NCBI GenBank assembly: GCA_964187785.1 | Contig: OZ076409.1 | Span: 66,962,001-67,026,000 of the forward strand | DNA from: Amphiscolops sp. MND2022 | Lineage: Eukaryota | Reading direction: 5' to 3' | Length of the DNA: 64,000 bases | In this document: in pieces, positions 27,083-40,249 of the stretch | Numbering within the stretch: the stretch's first letter is position 1 | Layout: each line of letters starts with the position of its first letter | The notes under the pieces: generated by a model | The model's database searches: none | What the model was told of the DNA's origin: nothing | Seen by the model: only the letters and a program-made list of their open reading frames with translations | Translations under genes and position numbers: made by a program

Positions 27083-27849
27083 TAGGTCCAAAAATCAATA
27101 TCTTAAGATTGCTAATGAACATGACTTGGCTTCAGACGTTATTCCTCAGAGTATAATTAGAGGATACAATTTTTCAAACAAAGAAAAAGTTAGTTATGGT
27201 CCATCACTTATGGACATACCACCTTGGTGAAAACTCTCTTGGGGGATCGATTGTTTGTAAGAAGGGAGTAAGGAATGTATGTAAACCTTATAAGCTGCTA
27301 GAAAGGCAAAATAATGAAATGTGTAAAAACTGCTGTTTAAGTTCTGAAGTTTTTCTTGTGGCAAGAAGTTTGAATTTCAAGACTGCTGAAACACGAAGTT
27401 GAATAGTTTTGTATGAACTTAGCCTTTCATCTTCTGTCCAGGTTTCACCGATCATTGATTATTAATTGAAAAACAAGTGCCTGTAGCCAATTATAGATCT
27501 GCTGGCAGTAAATTATTAATTAGGTAAATTGTAACAGTAATATGATGTAACAGCAATCAAATGAATTCAAAATAAACTGTATATTTATTGTTTATGTGAA
27601 CAATAATAGCTACTGCGGACAGTGATCGCAAAGTACTAAAAACACCGAAAGTCACGAAAAAGTGGCCGAACCTTTTACTTTCGAGAAAAAAATAGAAACG
27701 AAAGTAAAGACGGAGCAAATTTGGCTTCTCGATTGGGACCAGCGCGTGTGATTGCAGATTACATATCACACATTACAGAATGCGGTTTGAATTCCATTTA
27801 AGGGACTTTTTTGTTTGATAAAAAAACGAATTTAATATTAATAAACGAA

Positions 27850-28445
27850 AAGCAATTATATCAGTCCTGCATAATTTCTATTCTACTATATGCCTCACCA
27901 TGTTGGTGTGCTTCTATTGAAGGCCTTAGAAAATTGGAAAAATTTAACAGTAGAGCTGTGAAATGGGTGTTTCGTTCAAATGATTATGTATCCTCTCTTG
28001 TATCACTAAAGCTGTTGCCAATTTGTTTCCAGGTACAACGAATCGACATTTTACTACTATGGAAAATCATCAACAAGAGAGTGATTATTCCGCATGATTT
28101 CACCTACAAATCCAGCTGTACACGATCTGGCACTCTAAAACTATTTGAACTCAAACATAACCATAAATTCAAAACGAACGATGGCTTCTTCCCCCGTTCA
28201 AAACGCGCTTCTAATGAACTTATTAGATTAGGTGTTATCAACTTTGAAATGCCTTATTGCCTTTTTGTTAAGCGTCTCGATGCCTACTTTGAAAATAAAT
28301 TGCAGTCTTTTAGCTTGAATAACTCTTGCTCGTTCTATATAAAATGTTTTTGTAAGACTTGCCGTTCATAATCATTCATAATCATTACTATTGTAATTCC
28401 TTAATTGTGAATTGAGTCTTTTAATAATAATAATAATAATAATAA
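27850..28445 (+). mobile_element. 5'-truncated LINE (C-terminus of ORF2, short 3' UTR and (TAA)8 tail)
   Basis: LYQSCIISILLYASPCW...KLEKFNSRAVKW...LKLLP...FFPRS...N motifs of the post-RT region of CR1/L2-group ORF2; stop at 28371; TAA tail 28422-28445. Confidence 0.85.
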
Positions 28446-29408
28446 ATGACAAAATGACGTCGCCTGGTCTTTTTGTAGTTTGGAATCATCCTGTGAACTT
28501 GTAAGAAACATCGATGAAGACCACAGATGCAGATGTTTAAGTGTCTGCGATAGGCTTCATATGTATATGTATTGTATCATATTGTATATGTGGGTGTTTT
28601 ATCTACAAATGGCGATGAAATTACAAAAGCGGTCGGAGTCTCAAGTGTGACTTATCTGACCAATTATTTGCCGAACCGAGCAGTGGGGTCTTTGATCTGG
28701 TCTGTTTATTCTGGCGGCAACTTCAAACATCTCCTCAGGTGGGGAACCTCCAAATTCAAACCGGACACCCAACAATTCGACCACATTATAACCTATTCTT
28801 ATAACTTATTACAACTTCTCTTCTCACGAAATCAATCGATGTGCGTCCATTGTGGACTTCAGTGGACATGCATGCCCATTAAGGATTCTTACATGTTAGA
28901 TTTCCTCAAATGGTGTTGATGTAAGCCCGCGATGATAGTTGTTACTTAACAATAAAGAGACCACCCCTGATGTTATTTAGCCATTATTGCCATTATATAA
29001 CCATCCCCTGATGTGGCCCCAATTGGTTTACAAACTATAAATACGACGAACACAGCGCAAATAATATAATACGGGTGTTAAGAGCTAAACTATTGTAACT
29101 TTCCATTTCAAAATTTTCAAACAAACATATTTATAAACTAGATAAAAATCTGAGAAACGTTTAATTTTACCATTTTTCAAAAATCACAGCTGTTTTTGAG
29201 ATATTCTATTTTGAGATTTGACTTATGTTGCTTTTTCTGGAATCACTACAGTACAAAACAACATACAAATTATCTGGGGCTAACATACAATCTAAAAATG
29301 GACGTATTTGTAGAGGCCACTTATAAGCTAAAAAAATCTCTGTGTAAATCGTACCTTTATCAACGCGACATCTTGACGTATCAAAAATTTCACAAGGAGC
29401 AAATATAC

Positions 29409-29645
29409 CATTTGTATAAGTTGGTTGAGCTGTCTTATAAATCCGGCTGCTTGTGAATTGTAAATTGCAAATACAGTTGGTGCCTTATAGCAGGTCGAAT
29501 ACCCAGAAAGTGTTCCCAGAAAGTTGGATAAAAACCAGCTACTCTGGCAAGTCTGGACTGAAGCACCGCCTCGGGACCAGATCATTTCAAGTTGGTCGGG
29601 AGAAATTTCAATATTACCATAACATAAAGAGTACAAAGAAAGCAT
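29409..29645 (-). CDS. Candidate internal exon of an unidentified host gene
   Basis: 237-nt open frame bounded by acceptor TTTTAAACGCAG and donor GTATAT; the other two frames are closed; no recognised domain. Confidence 0.25.
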
Positions 29646-32005
29646 CTGCGTTTAAAACTGCAATGAAATGTCGCCGCTTATATCACTTGAAGGGCCGCGC
29701 CGCTTAAATGCGATGAAATTTGTCATGCTCAATTGTTTCCTCTCAATTCATTCGAACCGGAAGAATATTTGTGTTCTAGAATTCTTCTCATGTTCTTCAG
29801 CTAGCAAGCCGATTACGTAACATAATTTGACCAACGGCTGCGGCGGAATATCTAGATATTTTTCTTTGATCCGACAACAAAGCAAAGAAGATCTTGTATG
29901 TCGAAACACTAACATTTGAACAGTGGTCAATGTCCATTCAATTTGCTAACATGAAAGAAAAGGAAAACCTGTTTTCGGACTGAACGAAATGTCAGGAAAG
30001 TCGCTTTTGTTTCAAGTAAAAACAGACTTCAAATTCTGCCCTGTAAATTGCGCAACTTCAAGCAGGAAGTAGAACAGCAGACATAAGTTGTTTCCATATA
30101 GGGAAATTTCAGGTTTGGAATTTGTAAGGTTGTGAATCTTCGCAGTTATGACAACTTCCAACTTGGCAAGGACTCCTTAACTAGATAATTATTTATAAAC
30201 AGTCGGTAAAATAAGTCTGAGATTTCCAGCTGCAAGCAATTGTAGAACCTAAATGCCAATTGGAGATTGAAGGAAGAAACAGAGCTGAAACTAAACGAGA
30301 AACAAAAAGTCTGGAAAAGAAACAAAGTGGAATGTTTTTCAAAAAGAACCTCCAATTTTTGGACTGGAAAAATGAAAGCTAATTGGAAAAGTATGGCCGA
30401 GGAATAAATGTGTTTTGGTTATGAATTTGTATTGCTTGAATAAAATACAAAAATCAGAGACAACGTCGTTTTCAAAAATCTTTGAAAAGGCTCTGGTTAT
30501 ACGGAAGACGATACTGAAAAATCCCTGAATGCGAACAGAAATTACGGGGAGGCACTTTGGTCCTTATATAGGTAATCGGGTTTGTTCCATCTGATAAACA
30601 ATTTACACTGGGTCTCACAGGTGAAAAAAATGAACTGTACCAATGACAGCCCACAGTTTCATGTCTAGTTTCGTAGTTTTTGAGAACTTAGAGGATCCCT
30701 TTGAATGTTTACAGCCCAACTTGAAGAAAGTCCACAAAATGGATTTTAAAAATCGTGCCTTTTATGCACACAGGGAAACGCCGACTGAAACCGACAGAAT
30801 TTTTTCAACTATTCATTATTTAAGGAAAACTTTTAAACAAGTTTCGAACGTTTTTGTCGGTATAAATTATCACAGATTTCAATGGCTTTTTAACATTTTT
30901 AAGTAGAGAAATCTGGATTTATTTTCTAACAATTTGTGCAAATTTTGTAGGGTATGTACTATGCTCGAGCTCTAAAAATATGCTTTTGCTAAAGTAATTC
31001 AGGGTGGAAAACATCCCGGTGCTATTGTTGAAATTGGAAATTGTTAGTGTTAGACTATCATTTTGCAAACAATAGGAGGAAATTTCGTGGTATTTCTGTT
31101 TAAAAAATTAACAACGTCTACTAATAGACACCTAATTCAAATATCTAAGTGTTATTTGTTGGAATGAGACTATCAGAAAAAAACATTTGAATCCAGCCTT
31201 GAGAGGAAACATATACTCAGCAAATAACTGAAGAAGACTGGGCAACGGGGGTTTTCCGCCTCGATATTTTTAGCTACACACTTTCTAAACTTTCACAAAG
31301 AAATCGAAATGTGTAGAAATAATGTGAATAAATATCTGTGATAATGGATGACACTCTGTGAGTACGCCCTGACAGAGTTCCAGTGAATACTGAATTAACA
31401 ACCGGTTTTAGTTTTAGAGAAGCGCACTATTTCCTCAAATTAAAAAAAAATTAAAATCAAAGATAGTAGTTCTTTCACAATAAATAATAGTTATTGTTAA
31501 AAGTAGTGTTGTAGCTGTGTTCTGACGAAGAACTGATGTTGGATAAAATAGTCCGTTGACAACACTGTATTGCATCTAGAACATATGTAAATGGTAATTT
31601 ATCTTTCTACCTTGATAAAGTTCTATTTGTAAATATGCATCAAAAATGTATCATCAACCTGCTCTTTTTAGGTTATGTTGAAGATCAGATTCGAGAGTTT
31701 AGCTCACTTTCTCACAGGTAGGTTCAATATGAAATGATCCACTTACGATTTTTAAAGAGCAAGACGATTTTTACGACGATGAAATTTTTCATAATCTTAC
31801 AAATCAAGAAATTCTGAACTTCTGTTGCAATGTTCCTTCTTCGGTATTGAACACTACACTCATATTTTTTATAACCAAAACGCTATAAGCAACGTACGTA
31901 GGCTACAACTGTTTAAAAATTAAGCAATTTCAAAGCAATCCTATAGGCTAGAAAAATGATTGTGTCTATCTCATATGTGTGCTCTAGAACACCCGATTAT
32001 ACGCC

Positions 32006-32073
32006 GTCCCAGTGACACATTTGGTTAATGCGCATACCTGTGACATCGGGGGTCGCGAGTTCGAGTCCCGGAC
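32006..32073 (+). repeat. tRNA-like pseudogene or SINE head
   Basis: GTCC...GGAC ends, TGGTTAA D-loop-like motif, B-box GTTCGAGTCC (32059-32068); anticodon arm irregular. Confidence 0.4.
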
Positions 32074-35000
32074 TGTTCAAACTTTGAGCAATTCCAATAA
32101 GGTACCTTGTTTTCATCTGAGGTTGAAACAGATTGTTATTCATCAAATCTTTTAAACCGAGTCAACGATATGGGATCGAAAGAAGATATACTTGTTTTCG
32201 GCTTATTCTAACAATACGATTGTGAAGTTTTTAATTAGTTTGACAGGTTTATTCCATCATTTCGAAATGAATCGTATAACATTTTCCATCCCCATTCCGA
32301 CCTTCCTTGATTACATGTTTGAGGGTCCGGGTAATCGCATGGAGTCTACAGGCTCTTGGATGCCTATGGAATATGTGGTTCACTTTTCTCGGTTCCAATG
32401 TTATTCTGTAACAATTAACACTGTTTTACCCTTGATGTATTTTTTTCACCTCAAAAAGTCCAGTATGTGGTAGGTATCTCACAGTATAAATTCGGTTGTT
32501 TAGTTTTTCTATACAAGATCTTTCTGGGTAACTGAGAAATCTCACACGATGGTCGTTCTCTTTCTCCAGACTCAGCCTCTCATTGCTCTAGTGTACCGTG
32601 TCATAATTCTTCAGTACTTTTTTTCTTTTTTCATTTTTTTTGCAAAATTTCGCCGCCATCATCATCATTGTCTTCACTACCTTAATAGTGATTTCTCCTG
32701 TTCTGCCTTATCGAGAGCAGTCCGTGCAAGATGTGGACCGCAACTTGACCTTATTTCGTATACTCCCTAGTCGAGAAAGCTTGAACTTTTCACATGCTGC
32801 ATGGAAGCAAGCAGGCTAATTTTTTTTTTACAAAACATGGAAAATTCCGGGAGCCTGTACGAAAACATTTTGTAGTATTACAATGCAGCCTCCACTATTC
32901 GAATTAAAACTGAAAACATTTCTACATCTTTACCACCGCGATCACTTTGTTTTCACGCGTAAGTTTCTCAAGTAAGTACCTTATGTAAGCACCGTTAGTC
33001 AATTAGCACGCTGAATTTGACGCTACTTTGAAACTTATAATGCGACTGACATTTATTTGCATTGAAACGGCGGTAAAATTGATGAAGGTCTCAGCTGCTT
33101 TCAAAATTAGAATTGCGTCTTAATGAAACCTGCAAAACTTTGCGGCGCAGAATTGGCGCCAAATTTAAGATGCATCTTATAGGCAGCTTGATATAATTAA
33201 GTCGAATCAGTGAAGTTTTCATGCATGGACGTTTCTTTGAGAATTATATAAAACCATTGAAAATTTCAGTCTGACACAACCATTGAGGTAAAAAGTGTAA
33301 AAGTTTAATACATTCAATCAACTAATCGAGACCCTTATTTAGCAAGGGGATAGTTTCAGCCCTTAACTATTGCACCATAAATTCAAAAATTGCTCAAAAG
33401 TACCGTAAACAAAGTTTACTGTGCGTAGAAATAAAGCTTTAAAAAGCTGTGAAATTTAAATTCTCTATGAATAGTTGAAATTATGTTTCTGAAACATTTT
33501 CTAAAACCATATTGAAGTCAATGATAACAATAATTACACAATTAACTATAATGATTAAGATAAGTGTTCTCAAAACAAAATGATTCATTTAGGATTGCTA
33601 AGAGACCGTCTAAAATGCGCCAAGTTTTTAAAGAACCTAATCACCGAACTTTCTGACGACGAAGTTTCTGATTATCAAATAAATAGACTACGTATTTTGT
33701 TTTCAGCGAAAACATTCCACCAATTTTAACCCCTTTCAAATCATCGATACCTGATTTTTTTCCGTGCTTTTTTGGGCAATGCCAAAATTTTTTTGGGTGG
33801 TTACGAAATATAAAAACTGTATATGAAAAAAAAGGAAAAGCCATACTTTCTTTATTTTTTCCAATAGTGGCGCAAATTTCCGATGAAAACGATGGATAAT
33901 GACTACTGCAGCTGAACCATTTTCAAAGCTAATGAACTTCAATCATGAAAATGACAAAAATATCATGTTTTCTCGAATTTATTTCTCTCTCAATATTTCT
34001 CTCAATAAATTTTGCTGTTTTTATCACTCGCTCACGAAGAGCGAGCTATTTTAGAGAAAAAGCGTCTAAAAATATGATGATGGATTTCACGAACAAGAAT
34101 TACTTGAGTATCGAATTGGCTGTGTAATAAATAAATTTGCGATACAATTAGGTGTTCTTTCTATCCGTGTTCCACTTTGAAAAGCAATGAGAAAACGAAC
34201 CTTGAAAAAATTTTTTGGGAGATCGGCGAAAATTGACCATGCAAGTCTTATACAGTTTAATTTCCAAAATCGACTTTGCAGACGTTTATACGAGCGTAAA
34301 AAATAATCAAATTGATGAAACTAAAAATTGATTTTATTTATAGAATCTATAAAATTGTCATTCTCAAGTAAAATTTATATTTTTAGAAACGCCAACCAAA
34401 ATCCAAATCAAATTCCAACAAATGATTTAAACTTTTTTAAGAGAAAAAATTAACCTTGAAGAAAGTATACTAAGATACCTTGAAGAAAGATTATAATCTC
34501 GATACTCGATTCGCGTTGATTAAAGTTATATGTTGGAGGCAATATTTTGAAGCAAATTTAGAGAAAAGGTGTTGAAAATAATCTAAAGGAAGCAATCGAT
34601 ACTGGTTTGGAAAAACAACTGTGCCCCGCCTCTGCAGACAAAATAAAAACAGTCGAAAATTTATTCTCTGAAATCAACACCTACCGTTGTCAAAATAAAC
34701 ACTGACTTCTTTATGAAATCTTTCTCATCTCGTAAGAAAATAAAATGCCATTCGAATTTATTTAGCTCTTCAAAGAAACAACGTTTTTCAGAATTGCAAA
34801 AAAGTGTGGTGAAATATTTGGTCAATTTTGGGAGTGTGATTCACGTCTAGTTTATTTGGGTTGTCGCAATAGCTTCTCCCCAGAGACTTTCAGTCAACAC
34901 GGCATGAAAAAAATTGCAATCATCTTAGATTAAAACTAAACACATTGCTAGTACTTCAAAGTGCAGTTAGGGGGAAGTTAAGAACGATTGTTGAATGGTA

Positions 35001-35517
35001 AAAAAGATTCCGGCCAACCATCCAATTCCCAGCATTCCACTATATTCCCAAAAGCTGAATCATCGTCTTTACCATCTAACTACACATCAAAGAATTCTAA
35101 AGTGAAATTAACAATGTCTCAACTTGAAAGTCCGCTTTCTTTTTAGTGTTTCCTCAAAACTCCCTTTTTAGTGTTTTTTGACGATGCTAGATAAAAAGTC
35201 TCCTAATTTGCCTAATTTTTTGCAAAATTTGGCGGCAAAATGTTGAAGATGTTTAGAGACTAGGGATGTTTCTGAGCCGTAAGTCTCGACAGGTTTATAA
35301 CATCGGGCAAAAGAAAATCAGGATTTATTGATTCATTTTGAGTTCTACAGTAAATGAAACCGATTGTCCTCAGAAACGACAGAATTAGCTGAAAATAATG
35401 GAATGACCGCAATACTCCAGTTATTCCATTTTCATTATGACGACTATATTTTACATTGAACATGATGTACATTGTTTAACCTCAAATAAAAAATCAAACG
35501 TAAGTTTTACGAAAAAA

Positions 35518-36272
35518 TGTAACGTCCGGCAGTCGGCGTTGCAGAAGTTTTTGAAAATTTCGATCAAAAATTCGAAATGTGCGACATCAAACAAGCACAT
35601 TCAAGATGGCCGACCCGGCAGGTACGAAAACCGCAGAGGAAGCAAAAATAAAGGCAAAACACCACAAGAAAGACCCAACCCACCACCCAGGAACGAGAAT
35701 GTCCGAGATGTCATCACCCAGAAGGCGTGAGAATCGGGAATTCGGCCATCTGACAGCAAAAGGACAGGGTTTTGGCAGAAAAGTGCCAAATGAGACCATT
35801 GTGCCCCGAAGATGAGGAATGATGCCAGAGGCAGGAAGCCGATGATCGCCACCGAACTGTAACTGTATACTTTATTGGGGCCTATCCCCACCTACTTTGA
35901 CTGTTTATAGCGTATTTGGATAATGTTTGACCTACTAGGGCCTCATTTTAGTCCTTATTCACTCAATATACTGTATTTCAGCTAGACACCTTTTTGGACC
36001 TCGGAAGTATGTGGGAAGTCGTAGGAACGTGCTAGAAACCTTAGGATACGTTTTTACAGGCTTGTGGGGCGTGTCCGGACTTTGAGAGTGCCGGCACGTC
36101 GCCTCGGAGCTCTAACTAGAGGAGCCTCCTTAGACGTTAGAAAAGTCCCCCTTGGAGACCATTTTGGGATCAAAAACTAGTGTCTAGGTATGTAGTAAGA
36201 CAACGGTCTCCTGTTTAAGCATCCTAGGCATTGTCCCTCTTCCTAGATGTGCGCCGCTAGCCGGACGTTACA
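35518..36272 (+). repeat. 5' LTR of the non-autonomous element
   Basis: 13-bp perfect terminal inverted repeat TGTAACGTCCGGC...GCCGGACGTTACA. Confidence 0.97.
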
Positions 36273-36288
36273 TCTGGAATAGTTTTTA

Positions 36289-36306
36289 TGGCGACCACAG
36301 AGGGAT
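36289..36306 (+). promoter_or_regulatory. Primer binding site (probably tRNA-Arg)
   Basis: TGGCGACCACAGAGGGAT; TGG complements the tRNA CCA end; identical to 45717-45734; tRNA identity recalled from the ...GTGGTCG-CCA end of Arg tRNAs. Confidence 0.85.
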
Positions 36307-36899
36307 ATTTTTCAAGGATAATTTTCCTTACCGCGTCCTGCGAGGAGCAACTCCTGCTTTCCGGCCCTGAAAGGTCCGGATCTAGGAGAAGCTTTTGGGA
36401 GAGTCCTAGATTGTTTTTACTGCTTTATTCTAGCCCTTTGGGCCTTGTATTAGTGTTTTTCCTGCGTTTCCTGCATGTTTCCGAGGTCCCTAACCTGAAA
36501 AAGACAGTTTGAAACGGTGTACCCCCTTGTACCTTATCTGTACTCATTAAAAAAGCTATTCCGGCTTATCCGGAACGTGTTTTAACGGGTCTTCCAGCTT
36601 CTTTTCAGCTAATTAGCAATGTACAGGGACTGCGAGGACGGTTTGTGAAGACCCGAGCTAGCTGAGTGCAGGACTGCAGGTGCTTCACGTCATAGCCTCT
36701 TCCTCCCCACCTGGTGCCGATTCACCGAAGACAGCTGGGTTATTTCGTTCCCTTTACGTTTTCTAGCCCCAAATTAGTATTCCCAGGCCTGTTTTTGCAT
36801 AAACTAACTGAGAAAAATGCCCATTGGGTATTCCGATTGTTTTCTGAAAAAATATAGCGAGCTAGCCATAACACCCTATATAGCTCTAGTTTCGATTTG

Positions 36900-37560
36900 G
36901 TTACTTTTAAAAGTCGAAATTTTTCAGAAGATAGTAGGACCAATGGGAATACAATAAAAACGTTCTATTAGACCTATCAGGTCAGGAACAGAAAAATTTG
37001 TTTAGCTAAATTGTCTAAAACACCGAAAACTTTAGCGATTTTTGTTTGAAAACGTCAACTTTGGACTTTGAGACGAAAAATGGTGAGGGCGAAGCCCTGT
37101 TCGTTTTTCTCAGAGCATTGCGAGCCACCTAAAATTCTTTTTCCCGAGCCAGATATTAGAAAACGTTATCGTCAAGCAGTTTTTTGAGGCCCTCCAATGA
37201 AATATTGAATAAGTTACCAGCCAATTTTAATTTTCATACAATAGCCACTTATTGGTCATCATTAGTTACAAAAGCCAAAATTTTTCAGAAGAGGGTACGG
37301 CCAGTGGCAATACAATAAAAACGTTCCACTAGACCTATCTGGCTAGGAACAAAACTTTTTAACCCGCTAATTTACTTGAAAACAAAAAAAAATTAGCGAT
37401 TTTTGTTTGTGAAGACCCAAAATTGGCCTAACGGACCAAATGTGGTGAGGGCGAAGCCTTGAGCGTTTGTTCCAAAGCTTTCAGAGCTGCCCAAAAACAT
37501 TGTTCCCGAGCTTGGTGGTACAAAACACTACTGCCAAGACGTTTTTTTACCCTTCCCCAA
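36900..37560. repeat. Diverged ~361-bp direct repeat in the non-autonomous element interior
   Basis: ACAATAAAAACGTT..TAGACCTATC..AGGAACA..TTAGCGATTTTTGTTTG..TGGTGAGGGCGAAGCC..TTCCCGAGC at offset ~361. Confidence 0.9.
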
Positions 37561-40249
37561 TATAAATTAAAAGTTTAACCGTTGACATTCTATTGTTATA
37601 CATAGACCTGAGTAGAGGACCCCATAGACCTGAGAGTTATAACATCAAAACTAATAATTGAAACAATCCCAGTCCCATGAATAAAGTTATTACACCTTAT
37701 TACGTTACGTTTAGAGCTATCCCGAACATCTGAGAACCGAAGAATAAAAAGTTCCTAGGGAAAATACGTGTTTTTCATAGGTGTTCCCAGAGTGTCCAAG
37801 GTGTAACCTAAAATCAATTTTGAGAGACCTTATTTGGAACCTGCCAGGTTTCGCTCGCCTATTTTCTGTTAGTAGAGAGTACTAGATTACTAACGCCGAA
37901 AACCGCGAGTGATTCCAACCAGTGGTTGTTGAGAAATAGCCCAAAACGTGCTATTTTTGCGACATTATCGGAACATTGAAATAGTGTTTCAAAGAAAGGT
38001 CGAAATCTCTCCTAGCAGGAGTAGCCCAAAACGAATTGCACCATCGTGTAGACCGCAATAAGTTACGTTAGTGGTGTAATTTTCGTAGCGCTACTGTTAC
38101 TAGTGATCGAGAAATCTTAGCCGCAGTTTTGCTCAAAAATGATCCGAAAATGTCGAAAAAATTGAATTTTAGTTGAGCATAGTGCAATACCTCGCAGGTA
38201 CCCCAACACTAAAATTCTTGCATTTTCGTGCACACGGCACTGGATCACGACGATTTGTGCAATTTGAGCAGCTGGCTACTAGCCAAAGCTGAGAAATTGA
38301 CATTTTTGCGATTTTTGACCCGAAAAAGTGGTACCTCTGGTACATCAAGGTTTTGTCACTTCATATCGCCAGATGTTGATCAAGGCACCTCGCCCCTCTG
38401 TTTTTCTGTTACGTAGGCAAAAGTTACGCTCGCATGCAAAATTTCAGGTGGCTGGGACGCCTCGAAGGCGAGTCTGACCACTTTTTGTGAATTTCACGAC
38501 ATAGTCAAATTTTCAGTGAACATTGTTAAGTGGCCCTGACACCCACAGGGTCAATTTTGACGCAATCGGAGGTTCATTCCCCACGATTCAACCAGTGTAT
38601 TAGACGGTGTGAAATTTTCAAGTCGCTAGCAGCGCTACAAGTGATTTTCACCTTCCCCGGAGGTGCATGTTGACGAAAAAATTGTTGATTTTGGTCATTT
38701 TTGCAAAAAATCACATAGTTTTTGTCAATGTACGTGCCAGTGAGGGCCAAGGCGAGCCCATTAGCATATCTGGCGCCCTCAGGACGTCTTCTTGAATCAC
38801 TTTGATTAGTGCTAAGCTGACCCTAAGATCTCGGGTCTCTGAGAAAACCGATCTATGAGACATGGAGGTGAAAAACCGAAAATGGAAATTCGCCTCCCGG
38901 CTGCTATCAAAGTCACTTGAGTGCAATCTGTTCATTGAGATTACGCATACTCAGTGCCCCATGGGCCCTACAGGTGCTGGAGCGCGTTTATAGGCACTTT
39001 TAGAAGTTTAGACTTTGTACGCAGTGCGTCTCAAAACAGGACAACAAGTGCAGTAGCGACTACCATAGTCGAAAAAGAACGCTTTTTCTGATCGTACTAC
39101 GATCGTAAGGCAAAAAACCACTTCAAACTCAGTGTCTCTCCTCCTACTCACCCCCAAGGTCTACCCGTAGTCCCTAATTACATTTTTGTTATCACTTATG
39201 CTCTCCAGAAACATGGCAACATGAGTGACAAGCGGACATTTCAGACAATCTAACATCTGTAGCCAAGCAGACTTCTCAAATAATCAGTGTTCGTTGCTCA
39301 ATTCATGCCTATGGCGTACTTTGGTGCTCGGTACCACAGTTGCGTGAACCATGTCGATGTGAAAACACCGGACCAGAGATTGGCCCGGGGAGTACCCGTA
39401 CTCACCCGAGAGGAGTCAACACCAAGCTTGATGAAACACCTAGAGCTTCGAAGCTCTGAGAACTGCTTGGCCAGCGGCGGTGCTTTTAGAACCCGAATGA
39501 TTGTTCTGGAACTTGTTTTTAATGCTGAAGACTGTTTTCATGATCTATCATGCCTGATTTTTGACTTTTATTGGTTCTGCTCTATCATCGTTAGTGACAT
39601 TGTCCCCTCTTGAGAAGTAGTTTGTTTCCATCTCTTGCATATACACTGGTGCTTGTACTACCTAGGCAATAACTTTAACTGGGCGTACACTGCTGACACA
39701 ATAGATTGAATAGTTCCTCACTTTTGGTGATATTTTTGATTTTTTGAGGCCTGTTTCACCATTGGTGCTAGTTATTGTGCAGTTTCTGTTGGCCATGAAC
39801 TTTGCAAGACCACAGCTGTTACTTTTATTTTTCGCTTTTCAAGTGCTATCGTGCTTTTTATAAAACCTAACCTATCAGGCGGACCCCAGGTCAGTGCCAA
39901 ACCTATTGTGATGAGTGCTTTTTATGCAGATGCAATAAGGTGCTAGAAATTTTGAAATCTTGGTGCGAAATTAAAAGTTTGAATTTGTTTTGAATATAAG
40001 GCTAAGTGTCTAAAGTTGCTAATATTTTTCCAGTGCAAGAACCCGTTGTTGGTGTGGAATCCAAGGAAACCTGCTAGGCTGGCAAAAACTCATGTTTTTG
40101 GGCAATAACGTGTTTTTGGGCAACGACTTCCATTTAGATTCCTGAAGTACCATGTTGCAACAGTATCACTGGATCACTGGATGGTGGCAACCAAGATGTG
40201 AACGTCCTCTCTCGTTTGTCGAGGACGACAAACTACGGCCCGGGGAGGA

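Noticed and set aside
32006..32073. Functional tRNA gene
   Set aside because: Anticodon and D stems do not pair properly; kept only as a SINE-like or pseudogene call
35437..35891. Duplicated small ORFs (also 40271-40623, and 45185-45704 with 63365-63884)
   Set aside because: Duplicated only because they lie in LTRs; no sign of coding function
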